From the NCBI RefSeq assembly GCF_964194155.1, contig NC_135917.1, forward strand, positions 1,116,001 to 1,180,000: a stretch of 64,000 bases of DNA, given 5' to 3'. Position numbers and translations under genes: made by a program. How positions within the stretch are numbered: position 1 is the stretch's first letter; each line of letters begins with the position of its first letter. The stretch comes from Cetorhinus maximus. Its lineage: Eukaryota. Shown one piece after another: positions 25,498-37,166 of this stretch. The notes beneath the pieces are model-generated. The model saw only the letters and a list, made by a program, of their open reading frames with translations, had not been told where the DNA came from and ran no database searches.

Positions 25498-25784
25498 CTG
25501 GATAGAAGAGTGAAGACCATTCAGAATCATCAGAGCAATGATCAGCTATCAGAACACATGGCTACCAGGAGGGTGCAGGAGTATTCCCATGCACTCTACC
25601 CCAAGTACACACAGGCAGCTAGGTCACAGCTTCAAGATTAGTGAAAGAACAAACCTCTATTTGCTGGATGCTTATGGAAGCTTTTTTAAAAAATGACCTG
25701 CTGCATCAAGGTATTGGTTATGACTGATTTTGCTGTTCAATGTGAGAATCACTTTTGTCATCTTATTTCATTTGCTATTTTATA

Positions 25785-26557
25785 CACTAAGTCCCCACTT
25801 TAAGTTGCCTCATTCAGCATTGTTCCACATTCGCATTACGAATATAATGGGGTGGGTGTGCGCACTTAGCATTGAGACTTCTGCTTTTGTGTTGTTTCAC
25901 ACTGGGGCTGACAAAGCGTCACGTGTCCCAAATGGCGTCATTTGGGAGTGGCCTCTCCCACTCCCTGACTCTCTCCTGCTCACCAACTCTCACCCACTTG
26001 CCACTTCCCTCCCTGACCCTCCCTTTCACAGCCTCTCTCGTTCACATGCTTGCTTTCTTCCTCTTGCCACCCTTCTCGAGCCCTCGCTCACAGAAAGCGT
26101 TTGGGAGAGGGAAGCAGCGAGTGGAAGGGTTGGCTAGTGTAAGAGGGAAGCAATGAGGAGAAGAGGCCGGCGAACGGGAAGGAGTCAACGATCGGGAGAG
26201 AGGGAGTCAGCGAGTGGGAGAGCGCTAGTGTGAGGGTTGGCCAGCAGGAGGGTCGGGAGTGGGACAGGCTGGTGAGTGGGAGGTAAGTAGAAAGAGTTAG
26301 CATATTTCTTTTATATTTTAAAATTTATTTTATTTTAAGAGTTATTCCATTTACAAATACAGGAATTTAGGAATGTACAGTATTACACTTACAGGGTATA
26401 ATGTTTTAATATTTTTTTTCTGATGAGAGAGGTCCTAAAAACCTAACTACAGCTTTTTACATTGGTTATAATGGGAAAATATGATTTGCTTAACGTTGTT
26501 TCACTTAAAGTTGCACTTTTCAGGAGCACAACTACAATTTTAAGTGAGGACTTACTG
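25785..26557. mobile_element. Tc1/mariner (Tigger/pogo-type) non-autonomous element in CYP27B1 intron 7
   Basis: TIRs CACTAAGTCCCCACTTTAAGTTG / CAATTTTAAGTGAGGACTTACTG, flanked by TA on both sides. Confidence 0.75.
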
Positions 26558-26833
26558 TATATTATTTCACATACATACTAGAGATTTTGAAAAGAGATTT
26601 GATATGGTAAAAGCTACATTTAAGATTGTGAAAGGGTAGGCATAGAGATGTTTCCAACTGTTGGGGGAGTCCAAAGCCAGGGGACCATAAATGTAAGATA
26701 GTCACTAATAAACCCAATAGGGAGAGAGGAAGAGAAGTTTAGGGAGGGAATTCCAGAGCTTAGGGCCTCGGCAGATGGGAACTCCCACACCTTCAGGATT
26801 TTAAAAATTCTTACAAATCTCTACACTGCTTAC

Positions 26834-26915
26834 TTTTTGGGGAATGATGTATTCTCCAATTTGGATATCTTTATCTGGAATCAGACGAGCGTTACCCGGG
26901 ATTACAGGATAAAGC
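26834..26915 (-). CDS. CYP27B1: CYP27B1 exon 7
   Basis: 82 nt, AG/GTAAG. (R)[27 protein letters not shown]. Confidence 0.95.
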
Positions 26916-27527
26916 CTGGAAGGTGGAAAAATGGAACATTACACGTATGTTTCAGTCAGAATTCCCTCGTGTATTCCTGATGTCAGCGGCCATTTCTCTC
27001 ACCACTGTTTTGTGTTTCTGATGACAGATGTCTGTGCTTGGGAGATGAATACTTTCTCTGCTTTTGATCAGTGTCAGCATCAGGCTCTGCCGAGTTGGGG
27101 AAGGACACATCCTGTTTCCTTTATTCTGTGCCATCAATGTGCCTCTGCTTCAACCTCAGAACAACGCCCCTACTGTCATTTACCTACTTCCCATACCAGC
27201 CATGCCAAAAAGAAATGACATTTCTAGAGAGCTCCCAACACGTTCAAGCTCATTCTCTACAGGTAAAAGGTCAATGAGCTTTAAGGCCTTTCACCCTTCT
27301 CCTATTGGATAACCTACTCCACTAACTTTTTGATAATTTGCCCACTCCAATAAAATAACCAAATAAAACACAATTTTACAATTAATTTTCAGGTCAGAAT
27401 TTGTGACTACAGTCTTCCAGACACAAATCTCTGGATGCTGCAACTGAGAGATGCTGGACAGAGGAAAAACCATATTGAAGGGACACCCACATTTTCCAGG
27501 GTAGCAACACTCATTCTTTAACCTCAC

Positions 27528-27694
27528 CTCAATACTTCCTTCACAACAGCTTTCATGAGGGGCATCTTTGCCACGTCAGCAGCAGAGGGGACAGGCTTGT
27601 CTCCAACCATCTCTTTGATTTCTCGGTGCAGGGCTGCCTGAATGTCTGGGTGCCTGGATAACTCATATAGTGTCCACGACATTGTGCTGGAAAT
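27528..27694 (-). CDS. CYP27B1: CYP27B1 exon 6 (K-helix ExxR)
   Basis: 167 nt, AG/GTGAG. ISSTMSWTLYELSRHPDIQAALHREI...MPLMKAVVKEVL(R). Confidence 0.96.
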
Positions 27695-28124
27695 CTACAG
27701 GAGAGAGAGAGATTGGGAATACAGATCAATGTGTTACTGGTGTTGAAAGGAAGGCTAACCACCTAGTGTAGCAATACAGAGTACTGTAGTAATACAGATA
27801 AGAAAGTCAACTCTCAGTCTCTGCTATTAGTTCTCAACTGGGGTGTTACAAATACCTTAAGTATCCTTAAGCTATGTGAGAAGCCATTTACCAATGACAG
27901 CCCTCGCCATTGGCAGAAGACAGGACTGGACTTGGGTGTGATGCCTCTGTGGTGGAATGGCCTGCCAACATTGACATCAACGGACAATAATATTTGGTAG
28001 GGAGGACAACCAGTGGCCCACCTAAGCTAGCGGGTTTCCCGCCCAAGTGAGTTCCGTTAAGATTACCCCTGCTGGATTTTGCAGAATCTGAAAACCACAA
28101 GAACTAATGGTGAAACGCACTTAC

Positions 28125-28288
28125 TGTGTCCACGCCAGCGAGTAACAATTCTGTGACATTGCCATAAATGGTTCTCATGGGGAGATTCTGGGACGACAGG
28201 AAGTAGGTCAGGTACTTGCCCTCAATTGGCTCCCTTCTTGCCAATTTCTGTTGAATTTCAGCCATCCTTCGGTCTATGTGTCCTTTAG
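28125..28288 (-). CDS. CYP27B1: CYP27B1 exon 5 (I-helix)
   Basis: 164 nt, AG/GTAAG. (A)KGHIDRRMAE...IYGNVTELLLAGVDT. Confidence 0.97.
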
Positions 28289-29290
28289 CTGCAAAATAAT
28301 TGCAAGGTAAGTTCAAGGATAAGGCCAGGCAGAGCAGCACTTTCTCTGACCAGCACTAACTGCAGTGAATCTCCATTGGAATAGCAACCTGGAGGGACAC
28401 AACACATCACTGCTCCTGGCACAGTCTACTGTTCCAAGTGAGATTGTACACAATCCCTTGCATATTGAGTCGGTAGCAAGGCAGTGTCAGTTACAGGCCT
28501 GATCCTTACATGGACACAGACTCTTTTTTAAAAACAAAGGACCTTACAAGTCTAATTTTGAGGGAATAATAGGACCAGGAAAGTTAGCACCAGGGTATTA
28601 GCACCAGGTTTTACTTGTATTTATTTGTTGCTGCTAAACATTTAAGGTGATTGGCAAAAGGATTAGTGGACGGGGAGATGAGAAGTTTTTTTTAAACATA
28701 GCAAGTTGTTGTGATCTGGAAGGTGCTGCCTGAAAGGGAGGTGGAAGCAGATTCAATAGGAACTTTCAAAAGGAGGAATTGGATAAATATTCAAGGAGAA
28801 ATATACAGGGCTCTGTGGAAAGAGCAGGAGGATGGAAATTGTCACAGTCATGATGGTCCAAGTGGCCTCCTCCTGTGCTGTAAGATTCTGTGATTCTAAC
28901 AGCTGCTCAACCATCTGCCTTTGTGCCTTCTGCTGTGGGACTGCAATCCGCTTATGTCATGATATTACTATGGAGCAAGGTGAGGAAGCAGGCCCCAAGA
29001 ACTACCTCAGCTGGTACGAGGATTAAACCCGCACTGTCGGCATTATTCTGAACCATATTCTAGCCATCTGGCTAACTGACCCCTTCCCCTGCCTTCCCAT
29101 CCCCAATTGTAAAGAGGCCATCGTAGCTTTCACACTATATCTTTACTTACTGGAGGAGGAGGAGGAGGAGTAACCTAGAGAGGCAGTACTCAAGGTTCAT
29201 CACTTACTCTCTTGGACCTGCACCACATGACATGCAGGCCGAAGTCCTCCTACTTCCAGTTACCTTGAAGACAATGCTTGCAGAAACTTT

Positions 29291-30586
29291 GGGTGGAATT
29301 GTCTGTGCCCGCTGGTGTCGGGCATGTTTGGTGGCATGAGCAGACAATATGGCAAGAAGGCCAAAAATTGGTTTCATGACGTCATGAAACCAGTTTGCGA
29401 TTGTCTGCTCAGCCCGTTGATAGCGGGCCACGTTTCCCGCCGTCAGACATCGGGAACCTCATTGTAATACATCCTGCATATCATTATAAGCCCAACCTGC
29501 CGGAATCATCCCCCCCTCGCTGGATCATCCACCCACGTTAGCGGGAAAACACACCGCCATGTTTCACAACAGCATATTTAAGGCATGCACCTGGCGAGCT
29601 GCATTACGCTCGGGACTTCAAGGTTTGTTTGCCTACCTTGCTTCGGGCAGCACTCGCAGTCATCAGCGCCAGGCTTCACAGACACTACCACATCACTTTT
29701 AGGGGGACTCACGGCAGCTCTACCTACCAGATCAGCTGTAAGGCAGGGGTGGCTTTTCAATGGCTGCAGGGCTATGGCTTTCTTGGGGAATGGGGAGAAG
29801 TGGCCTCAGGCATGGGAAGAGGCTGCAGGACGAGAGTTGTAATGGGGAAGGAGGGTATCCCAGGGCGTGTATGGGGGCATATGTTGATCTGTGCAAGTGG
29901 CCTCAGGATGGTGAGGGCTGAGGAGGCAGTCTCCAGAGGAGATGAGGCCAGATGGAGATGTGAGGGTGTGTGTGAGAGAGTGAGTGGTGATGTCCCTTGA
30001 GCTGGCAGTGAGTGAGATGCCAGTGAATGTGTGATGGGCTTGAGTGTGAGTTTAGAGTGATGAGATGATTACCTTATCCTGGCAGCATGGATGAGATCAT
30101 TCATCCTCTATCTGCACTGGATGGACAAACTCTTCTGTGCAGCATTAGCACTGACCATCACTGCCATTGCCGACCAAGCCGGAGTGGTAATGTAGCTGCC
30201 TCTCCTGTGGCCAGAGCGGGGGTAGAGGACATCACGGCGGGCCTCCACAGTGTCCAAAAGGCACTTGAGGGATGCGTCACTAAACCTGGGGTCTGCAGTA
30301 TTCTTGCCTTTTGGGGCCATGTCTTCTTTGCAGCAGTCCTGGGCTGGAAGCACTGAGAGGTGTGCGCGCGGCTACACTTTAAATATGGTGCCCGGCGTGA
30401 TGAAGCAGCATGGCAGGCGAATCAGAGCCCACCCACCATCAAATCGGCATGTTTACTGGTAAAGCATAATTAATGCGGTGGGATTGGGACGATACTGTGT
30501 GAGAAGCTGCCATTGCAGCCGGTAGATAAAACATCGTTTTTCCCGTCCACTACTGCACTTAGTGTAAATCTGGGACGATTCCGCCC
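29291..30586 (-). mobile_element. Second copy of the Myb/SANT-only Harbinger element, inverted, in CYP27B1 intron 4
   Basis: Termini GGGTGGAATTGTC and GGACGATTCCGCCC, flanked by TTT...TTT. Encodes MAPKGKNTADPRFSDASLKCLLDTVEARRDVLYPRSG...IQCR*. Colinear with 14336-15649. Confidence 0.8.
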
Positions 30587-31049
30587 TTTGTTTTACAAAG
30601 GAAGTGATCAGTGATTTATGCCGCAGGCCATGTGTCAATTCCACCATGGGCACTTCTCTGTCAGGGGCTGTAAAGGGCACCACCACCCTGAACTGTGACA
30701 AGCCAGGCTGCCACTGGAGACAGTCACTATCACCATTTAGACGTATAAAACAGGACACAGACACACTGGGATAGGTTTTTACTTTTAGGTGGGCAGTGGT
30801 TCACAGGCACTGGACGTCAAATGATGCTAGCTCTTTAACTGGTACTGTTCACTCTAATCTGGTTTCCCTGCCCTTTCTTCATATCCTTTTATATTCTCCC
30901 TTTTCAAATTCTGATCCAGTTTCATTTGAGGTGATGTTACAGTCTGCCCCTTGTGGTGAAAGCATGAACAACATCTCCCCACTTCCTCAGCCTCAACACT
31001 TTGAAAGGGGGCAAACTCCACTGCCAAATCAACAAAGAATCTCACATAC

Positions 31050-31250
31050 CAAAAGCAAACATGTAATCCCAGCAGGCAGTGAATTTCTGCCAGGGTTCCG
31101 GGTAGATTTTATGCAGAAACTTTGGCATCGCCATGGTGATGAGCGTCATTTGAAACATGGTGTTAATTGACTGTATAAAATCTTCTGTTTCTTTGGGAAC
31201 ATCAGCCTTGAGGCAGCCAATCCGTGTCTCAAAGAGTACTGAAGAGATAC
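31050..31250 (-). CDS. CYP27B1: CYP27B1 exon 4
   Basis: 201 nt, AG/GTATG. (G)ISSVLFETRIGCLKADVPKETEDFIQSINTMFQMTLITMAMP...WDYMFAF. Confidence 0.96.
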
Positions 31251-31629
31251 CTGGAAGAATTAGCAGAGGTGGACAGAGGTTACTCCTTGTGAAAGTTGAA
31301 AACCAGCTCAGTAATCTCACAACATTATTTGGGGCTGAAATAAAAACAGAAAATGCTGGAAAAATTCAGCAGGTCTGTGGAGAGAGAAACAGAGTTAACA
31401 TTTTTTTCCTATCTCCACAGATGCTGCCAGACCTGAGTTTTTCCAGCATTTTCTGTTTTTATTTCAGATTTCCAGCATCCGCCGTATTTTGCTTTTATTT
31501 GGGGCTGACTAGTTTAGCACGTTATTCTGTTAGTTCTGGGACCCGAATTGAGCCACAACTGACAGAAGGCCCTTTGATTTTGTTCCAGCTCCAGGAATAT
31601 GAACTACCTGAGCTGCTCTCTCCTGCTTA

Positions 31630-32070
31630 GGTCCAGTGGTTCTCAGTGTGCATAGGTCAACTCTACCTTTTGTCAGTTTATTTCTCCTCCTCCGCTCCCC
31701 CTCCCCAACAAAACCCACTCTGATGTCTGCCTTCGGCCTCCTACACTGTTCCAATGAAGCTCAACGTAAACTGAAGGAACAGCACTTCATCTTTCAATTA
31801 GGCACTTTATTGTCTTCTGGACTCAACATTGACTTCAACAATTCCAAATCATCACCTCTGCCCCCATTCATTCGGCACTGTTGGTGATTCTGCTGTTGTC
31901 ATTTACAGTTCTAGACCCATCTTTTGTTTCTTTACTTGTTCCATTATCACCCCCTTTTGCCTTAACCATCATCCATTTTGTCATTTAACATCTCCTGCCT
32001 TCCACCCTAACACAGCCCTTCCCTGTTCTTCCCCCCTCTTTCCCTGCCTCTACTTGCTTGAAACTTGTTA
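31630..32070 (+). mobile_element. Penelope-like element 3' fragment (GIY-YIG endonuclease C-terminus)
   Basis: LLHCSNEAQRKLKEQHFIFQLGTLLSSGLNIDFNN resembles the Penelope R..E..LI..LGTL.P.GLN motif. Confidence 0.7.
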
Positions 32071-32559
32071 CATCACAAGTTACATGTGATAATGACCAGA
32101 TCATCAGTTTTAGTGATGTTGGTTGAGGGATAAATAAGTTCAGACACAAGAGGTGTAACTGGACAACACTCATTGATTTTCATTTCTAAACTCAAGTTTT
32201 TCTACAATTCACAAGACGTGGGTGGACCTTTGACTAGGACATTTGGTTATTATCAAGATGAACAGGAATCTCAGTGGGGGAAATTATAACCTAATGCCTG
32301 GTGGAAAGCCCACAGGATCAGGTATATTGCTAGTTTTACACCCTGCCCAGATTCTACTCTCCAGTATGGTCATGGAGAACAATATTGGATGGGGTGTAAA
32401 ACCCGTGTTCCACCTGATCCTGTAGGTTTCCTGCCTGGTAAATTGGGTTAAAAGTACTCCGAGAGTCAGGTTGGATAGCAAATAAATTAAGGACATAAGG
32501 ATCTCTTGGAGGATTTCCTTCCTTCCGCCCATTCCCCTCTTTACGTGTGCAGCCCTCAC

Positions 32560-32756
32560 CTTCTAATCCAAACTTGTAGAACTCTCTTGCCAGGTCCTTC
32601 ACCAGGCCATCATCATTTCTGGTCTGTTGGTGCTGGAGCCTATAGATTAGGTCAGTGACAACCCCATTGAGGACGCCATCATAGGCCTCCACTTCCTTTG
32701 GCTTCAGCATGTGTTTGCTGAGTATGCTGCGGAGCTTCTGCCACTCCTCTCCCTCC
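32560..32756 (-). CDS. CYP27B1: CYP27B1 exon 3
   Basis: 197 nt, AG/GTGAG. EGEEWQKLRSILSKHMLKPKEVEAY...AREFYKFGLE contains WxxxR. Confidence 0.96.
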
Positions 32757-35700
32757 CTGGAAGAAAAAAGTTGCCTTAACACAGCGGAAATAATGGCAAT
32801 GACCAACAGCTCGCTGCTCACAAGGTCACGGGGCCACAAGGTACCTTTATATACATTAACCATCATTATCTTTTGCAGGGTAAGGAGCTACTGACAGTTT
32901 CAACATAGACGGGTCAACAGGAGAGAGGTCATTTGACTCATTCCTCCTGTACTGGTGCTAATCCAATTCCATTTTCTTGCTCTTGCACTGTATTCTTTTA
33001 TATTCTTCCTTTAAAAATACTTAACTAATTTCCTTTAAGATGATGTTATAACAGGAAGTCATGTTATAAAAGTAAGAACTTGCATTTCTATACTGTAGTG
33101 CCTTTCAGAACCTCGGGACGTCCCAAAGTGCTTTACAGCTAATGACGTACTTTTTGAAGTGTAGTCACTGTTGTAATGTAAGAAAGGTGACAGCCAATTT
33201 TGCACTCAGCAAGCTCCCACAAAAAACAATGTGATAATGACCAGATAATCTGTTTTTGTGATGTTGGGTTGAGGGGTAAATATTGGCCAAGATACCAAGA
33301 AGAATTCCCCTGCTCTTCTTCAAAATTGTGGCCGTGGGATCTTTTATGTCCACCTGAGAGGGCTGATGGGGTCTTGGTTTAATGTCTCACCCAAAAGGCA
33401 AATTAACTGATGCTACACTAAAAGGGAGCAGGCATTGGAGATGCAGCTTCAACATGGTGTCATCAATTATCTGATCACTTCCCCATCTGAGCACAGCTCT
33501 CTGTTGGAAGAGTGAGGTTGGTCAATTTATCCTGCAGTCTCTGCCTCTTGTGGTAAAGCATTCTGTGTTCACCTAACATCTTCTGTAGAAAGTATGTCTT
33601 CAATCCTCACCCTTCATTCTTCTGGTGATAAAAGCAGTGGAATATTTGGTCAGTTTCAGCTCAAGATCCTGATGTGAAACTGGCAGAACCTTCTATTCCT
33701 TTCTGCCTCATGTTTTTTCCAGCTTCACCTTAAATGCATCAACGCTATTCAGCTCAACTATTTCTTGTGGGAGCGAGTCCCACATTCTCCCCATTCTCTG
33801 GGTAAAGAAGTTTCTCCTGAATTTCCCTGATTGGATTTATTAGTGACCGTCTTACATTTATGGTCCCCTAGTTTTGGTCTCCACCGCAGGTGGTGGCTTT
33901 TTTTCTGACTGTGGTAGAAAATTATTTTCTGAAGTAAAACTGGTTGCTGGTTTTCTATTGGAGGGCTGAGCCCGTACCTTGGAGCTATCGTGTAAGTACG
34001 AGGCTCATTTTGGAAGCCTTTATTATGCAGCTCTTCAACCTACAGACTGAGAGGCAGAAACAGCAGACTTGCTCAGTCATTCCTTCTTTTTGCTTACAGC
34101 TGCTGATTGAGGGATTTGGGACAAACTCTTACATTTTACAATGAAACCAAAATGCTTGGCAAAGGTCTGAAAGAAACGTGTGAGTTAGTCACGACTAAGA
34201 AGGAAAATCAACAACTTCCTCTGGGTCATATGTCTGGCAACAGATCTATGGAAATGTTAAAAATGTCCAGGAATGGTCAGGAATCAGAAGGAGTAGCAAC
34301 CTTATGTGATCACTATCACCCACCTATGGCAGTGTTATTTGCTAAATTGTCAATGCCAGTGTTCCTTTCCCAAGCAGCTAAGTAGGTGAATTTGGAGACC
34401 AGTGTGCCCTTGGCTTCCGTAGATCTAGAAGGTCACTATTTCAATAGCTGCTATGCTCAGTGTTTCACAGTCAAATACCAGTGTTCCTTTCAGGAGTGAA
34501 ATCAGGAAACACTTTGACACGTAAAAGGTGGAAGAAATTTGGAACTCTTCCACAAATGGCATTTGATGCTAGGTCAATTGTTAATTTTAAATCTGAGATT
34601 GATAGATTTTTTTGTTAACCATTAAGGGATATGGAGCAAAGACAAGTATACGGAGTTAGATTGCAGGCGGAACAGGCTCGAGCGGCTAATTGAACTCCTC
34701 CTGTTCCTATGTTCAAGTCGATCAGCTTTGATTAATGGTGAGTGATGTCTGCCCACCTTCATTCACCACAGTTTCTGACTAGTTGTGAAAGGTACCTTTT
34801 GACATTCCTTTCTCCAAGTTCAGATGTCAAAACAAAGAGTGGGGAAATTTCTGCTTTGCCAAGTGGTTGAAGAGCTGAGGTTGGTGCAGCACTTCGCGAA
34901 CATCAGACATTAGATATAAGCTTTTTCTCCCAGTTGTGAGAAAGACCCAGAGGGTTTTTGAGGCATTTATTATTTTTGAAAGATCAAGTTTGTTTTAATA
35001 AATCATAGTCTAGTTAAATCTTCTGTGATCCTACTTCTATTAAGTTTAACTTAATAAACCTTTGCAGCCGAAGGTGTACAGTCAGTATTAGTTATTCGTC
35101 ATGGAGGTCAGGGGTAAAATTGGGCAGGTATAACAAAACAGGCAGTAGCGCATCAGCCTGTTATACTCTCACTGACTTCAACTGAACTGAATATGAAGCA
35201 GGCGTATAACAGATGGCTGATGTGATACTGCCAATTTTGTGGTGCCTGCCAAGTTGGGTTTCTATCCCTAGAGTCTATGGTGGTGATCTGCAGTATTTAC
35301 AGCAAATTAATTGTTCACCCTGCAGTCCACAATTATAACATCTAATCTCCATTCACAGGATACCTGTGGAAATGTCCTTCTGCGTGGACCTGAGAAAAAG
35401 CAACTGGAGTGTGTACGAATCATAAGAAAGCAAAGATAATCTGTCTGTTCTTCCAGAGAGCGACTGACCTGCAGTTGCATTTTTAACGTTTTCTGGTTTT
35501 TTTTCCCCACTAGCCTGGCAAATTTGCACGCTCAAAGTGATGGCTGCCAGGGCTTCCTCTCCACTCCCGTCTCCTCCTATCCTAGTTTCCCCCTCTTCAC
35601 TTCCCTTCTCCCTCTTCACCTCTTTCATATCTTACCAGGATATTGCAGCTGCCCAGTGCAGCTAAGAAAGGCTTCTATTTCTATAGCACCTTGTTATGTT

Positions 35701-36145
35701 CCTCAGAAACACCTCAAAACCTTTCACATACAAGGAATTGCTTTGAACTATAGTGGACTCTCATGCAGGCCAATGCGGCAGCTGATTTGCACACAGAAAG
35801 ATCCCGCAATCCACAACACGAGGGATTAGTGGTGGTGTCTGATCAATAAGGAATATTGACTGGGATACCAGGAGAACTCTCTGCTCTTCTTCAAATTGTG
35901 CCAGGAAATCTGAACCAATGGGATAGGCATTCAGGCTCCTGTGAAGTGCCTTGGGATTTTATATTAAGTTCAAGGTGTTATATAAATATAAATGTTGTTG
36001 TTTCTTTTAACACTTCATCCAAACAGTTGAAGAACCACATTCTCCAGCTATCAGTTGCATTTGGTGGCTGTTTCACATAAAAGAAACTTGTGCATGAATG
36101 TTTTTAAGTCAATTGTAACTTCAGAGTTGATTTGGTTCTACTCAC

Positions 36146-36336
36146 GCAGTGAGGAGCCCATAAGCGTGTCCTCTGTATTGTCTGTAATCTTTCCAAGATG
36201 ATAAATCAGAACGGATTGGATGCTTCCCTTCCTGTCGCAAGACTTGTTCAATTAATGCTGGATCTGCAATGTGTATGGTCAGGATAGACCCAAAACGAGC
36301 CTTCCACACAGGGCCATACTTTGCCTTTCCCTCCAG
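36146..36336 (-). CDS. CYP27B1: CYP27B1 exon 2
   Basis: 191 nt, AG/GTGAG. LEGKAKYGPVWKARFGSILTIHIADPALIEQVLRQEGKHPIRSDLSSWKDYRQYRGHAYGLLT(A). Absent from the ORF track; translated by hand. Confidence 0.96.
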
Positions 36337-37166
36337 CTAAGTAAAAAAAGAACATAAAGTGGGTGAAGACATTGGCAGTGCAATCCTTTAATCCTTCAGT
36401 TCCCAGTTCAATGAGAGTCAGAGGGTCTTGAAGACATATCAAGTGTCATTTCAAAAGGGGCTGCAAAACAAACTGACTTCAAAGCACAGCAGGGTTCATT
36501 TACTTAGAAGCAACTCCCAGTCTTACAGGGCAGTGGTCATGTGAGACACAGTCCTATTGAAGGCTTGGGGTAAATTGACATCTTTAAAAAAGGAATTGGA
36601 TCGCTATCTGCTGAGAGGGTGTGTTGAGGGGTAAAGAAATATTAACAATATTTATGGGGATTTTTTTAAACTAAATAGATAGGGGAGAAACTTAATGTTG
36701 CTTAAAATATCAAACCGATGTGCAGTTTGGTGGATAGAGCATCCATGACAGAATAGTTGGAGGATTGATTCTACACATTGTATTTTCCAACTAGCACTGT
36801 CCCCATACAAATGCTAAATGTTGACATCCTAGATCCTTCTGTGTACTTTTTTGATGCAGACATTTGAATAGGAATTTAACACAAGTGGGTTGGGCATTTG
36901 CACAGGTACAAGACTGGCTCAAAATAAACCCCAGCGTTCTCACCGATAGCAAGAAATTCAAATTATCAAACCTGGAAAGACAAGCAATTACAGTGATTCC
37001 AAGGGCAGAATTTTACATCCCGCGGGTGGGCATGTGCCCGACCCCATCGGGCATAAAATAGCACACGGTGATGTCAGGTGAGCATCCGGACATCATCGTG
37101 CGCTCGTGCGATATTTTGGTTGGCGGGCGTGCTGCTGACTTTCGTATGCCCTATTAAGGCCTCTTA

